A model generated the notes under the pieces. It was not told the origin of the DNA, made no database searches, and saw only the letters and a list, made by a program, of their open reading frames with translations. 64,000 nucleotides of DNA from Vicugna vicugna (taxonomy: Eukaryota), in NCBI GenBank assembly GCA_013265495.1, contig MU058584.1:558001-622000 (forward strand), in the 5' to 3' direction. The stretch's first letter is position 1; the number at the start of each line of letters is the position of its first letter. The position numbers and the translations under genes were made by a program. Below are positions 62,501-64,000 of this stretch, one piece after another.

Positions 62501-64000
62501 GACCCAGTTGCTGGATAGGAAAATGGAACGCATCTGCACTGCCCATCTTATATTACCTTCCCCGCAGTCTCTGGGTATCTGGTAAATTCTGTTTGTCTGC
62601 CTTCCTGGCTCAATTTAAATCATGGGTCCTCTGTGTTAGGGACTGTTAGAAAGTCTTTGCAGCAGAACTGGTGGGTTCCGTTTAGGCCAGACCAAGGTGT
62701 GACATTTCTAGGAGCTGGATCTTCTGGAGAGGCTGTACAGGCCACCTGGGAAATGATTCCACGTACGACAAAGCTGAGGGATGAGGCTGTGGTCACAGTC
62801 AGCAGCCCCGCCCATGCTGCTCCCTCCGCCCCCTGCATTCACCAGTCGGCAGTTATGTAGATGGTACAGATCATGGCTACAGGCTGGGGACTTTTCTGGG
62901 AAGCACCTGGGAGATGGGTGAGCTGGGCTCTCTGTGCTCTAGACCGTCCATAATCCAGCCCAGCCTACCTTGCCAGCTCCATCTGGCACTCCTGCCTTGC
63001 TGCTCCGGTACCCCACTGCTCCAAACTGCTCAGCAGTGTTTCCCTGCCTTCTTTCAGACTGTCCTTCTGCCCCTGCCTTTCTTTCTCTTTCCTCTGCCTT
63101 TGTCAGGCTCTCTTCATTCATCCTTCAGATTTCAGTGTAGGTATCCGTTCCTCCGGGATCCCTGCCCAGGCACCACCACCAGCCCGTCCTCTGCTCTCCT
63201 GTGCATTCCTCCACTGTGGCCCCACTTGCCACCTCACATGGAAGGTAGCTGCCTCCTGGTGTCTTGGCCCTAAGTCCCTGAGCTCCTGGGGCAGGGGCCT
63301 TGTCATCTTCATTTCTGACTCCTCAGTCCCCAGTACAGCTCCTGGCACATCACAGGAGCTTGATAATGATGTGCTCTGAGCTGAACTACACTCAGAGAAT
63401 GTATCATTTAATTTGGGAGGTTTTATATGTATGTACACACATACAGTCAAGTGCTAAGTGGTGTGGAACAGACTAGACTGGGCTCTCACTGAGATCAGGG
63501 GTAGGCCAACCCCACCCCGTTCAGCCGCCTTCCTCAGGGTCTCCACCCACAGGCGGTCTCTGTACCTGACCATCCACTGCGGAGAAGGATTGAGGGAGGC
63601 CATTTTCAAAGTGGAAAATGATTAATAGGCCAGTGTGTCGCTCATTTCTCTCCAGCCAGAGCCTTCGTTAATTCTGCTCCCTGGACAGGTGGCACCTTGC
63701 CAAGGAGCCAGCAGAAGCAGGCACTTGAGTGCAGCCTAATGTAAGAAGCATCGCACTCCAATGCCAGGCACCGGCTCACCTCTGGTTGCCGCTCCTTCAG
63801 CTGCCGTGAGTTCCAGTCCTTAATATTTGTACTTTACCCTTTTGGGCTTTAGTACTATTAATTGGTTCTTTGTAATTATATTTCTAAGCTCTTGTATATT
63901 CCAGAAATTGTGCTAATCAATTTACATTCATTATCTCATTTGTTTTTCTCAACAGCCCTGCAAGAAAAGTCCTATTAAGCCCATTTTTTAGATTCAGACA

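Noticed and set aside
59600..64000. SH2D1B exons expected downstream from human synteny
   Set aside because: No recognisable SH2D1B coding sequence was found, so the gene probably lies beyond the window.
1..64000. CRISPR arrays, operons or other prokaryotic systems
   Set aside because: There are no regularly spaced repeats or dense ORFs. The exon-intron structure and repeats are mammalian.

Overview
Mammalian genomic DNA, probably camelid (two tRNA-derived SINEs resemble the camelid Vic-1 family), not a prokaryotic region. The + strand carries the last six coding exons of NOS1AP/CAPON (end of the PTB domain to the PDZ ligand EIAV) and two coding exons of C1orf226. SPATA46 (C1orf111) lies between them on the - strand in three exons. 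The remainder is intronic or intergenic DNA rich in L1, L2, MIR, CR1, Tigger1, MLT2, MER and SINE remnants. Main observations: (1) an internal donor in the NOS1AP last exon is in phase with the C1orf226 acceptor, giving a fusion (the known NOS1APc type) that drops the nNOS-binding tail and places SPATA46 antisense in its intron; (2) SPATA46 exon 2 is frameshifted, with two possible rescue routes; (3) the human NOS1AP-S start appears absent; (4) a three-tier MLT2>L1>inverted L1 nest with visible TSDs. I found no wholly novel system. Gene identities, exon numbers and human comparisons are from recall, not searches, and repeat boundaries are approximate.
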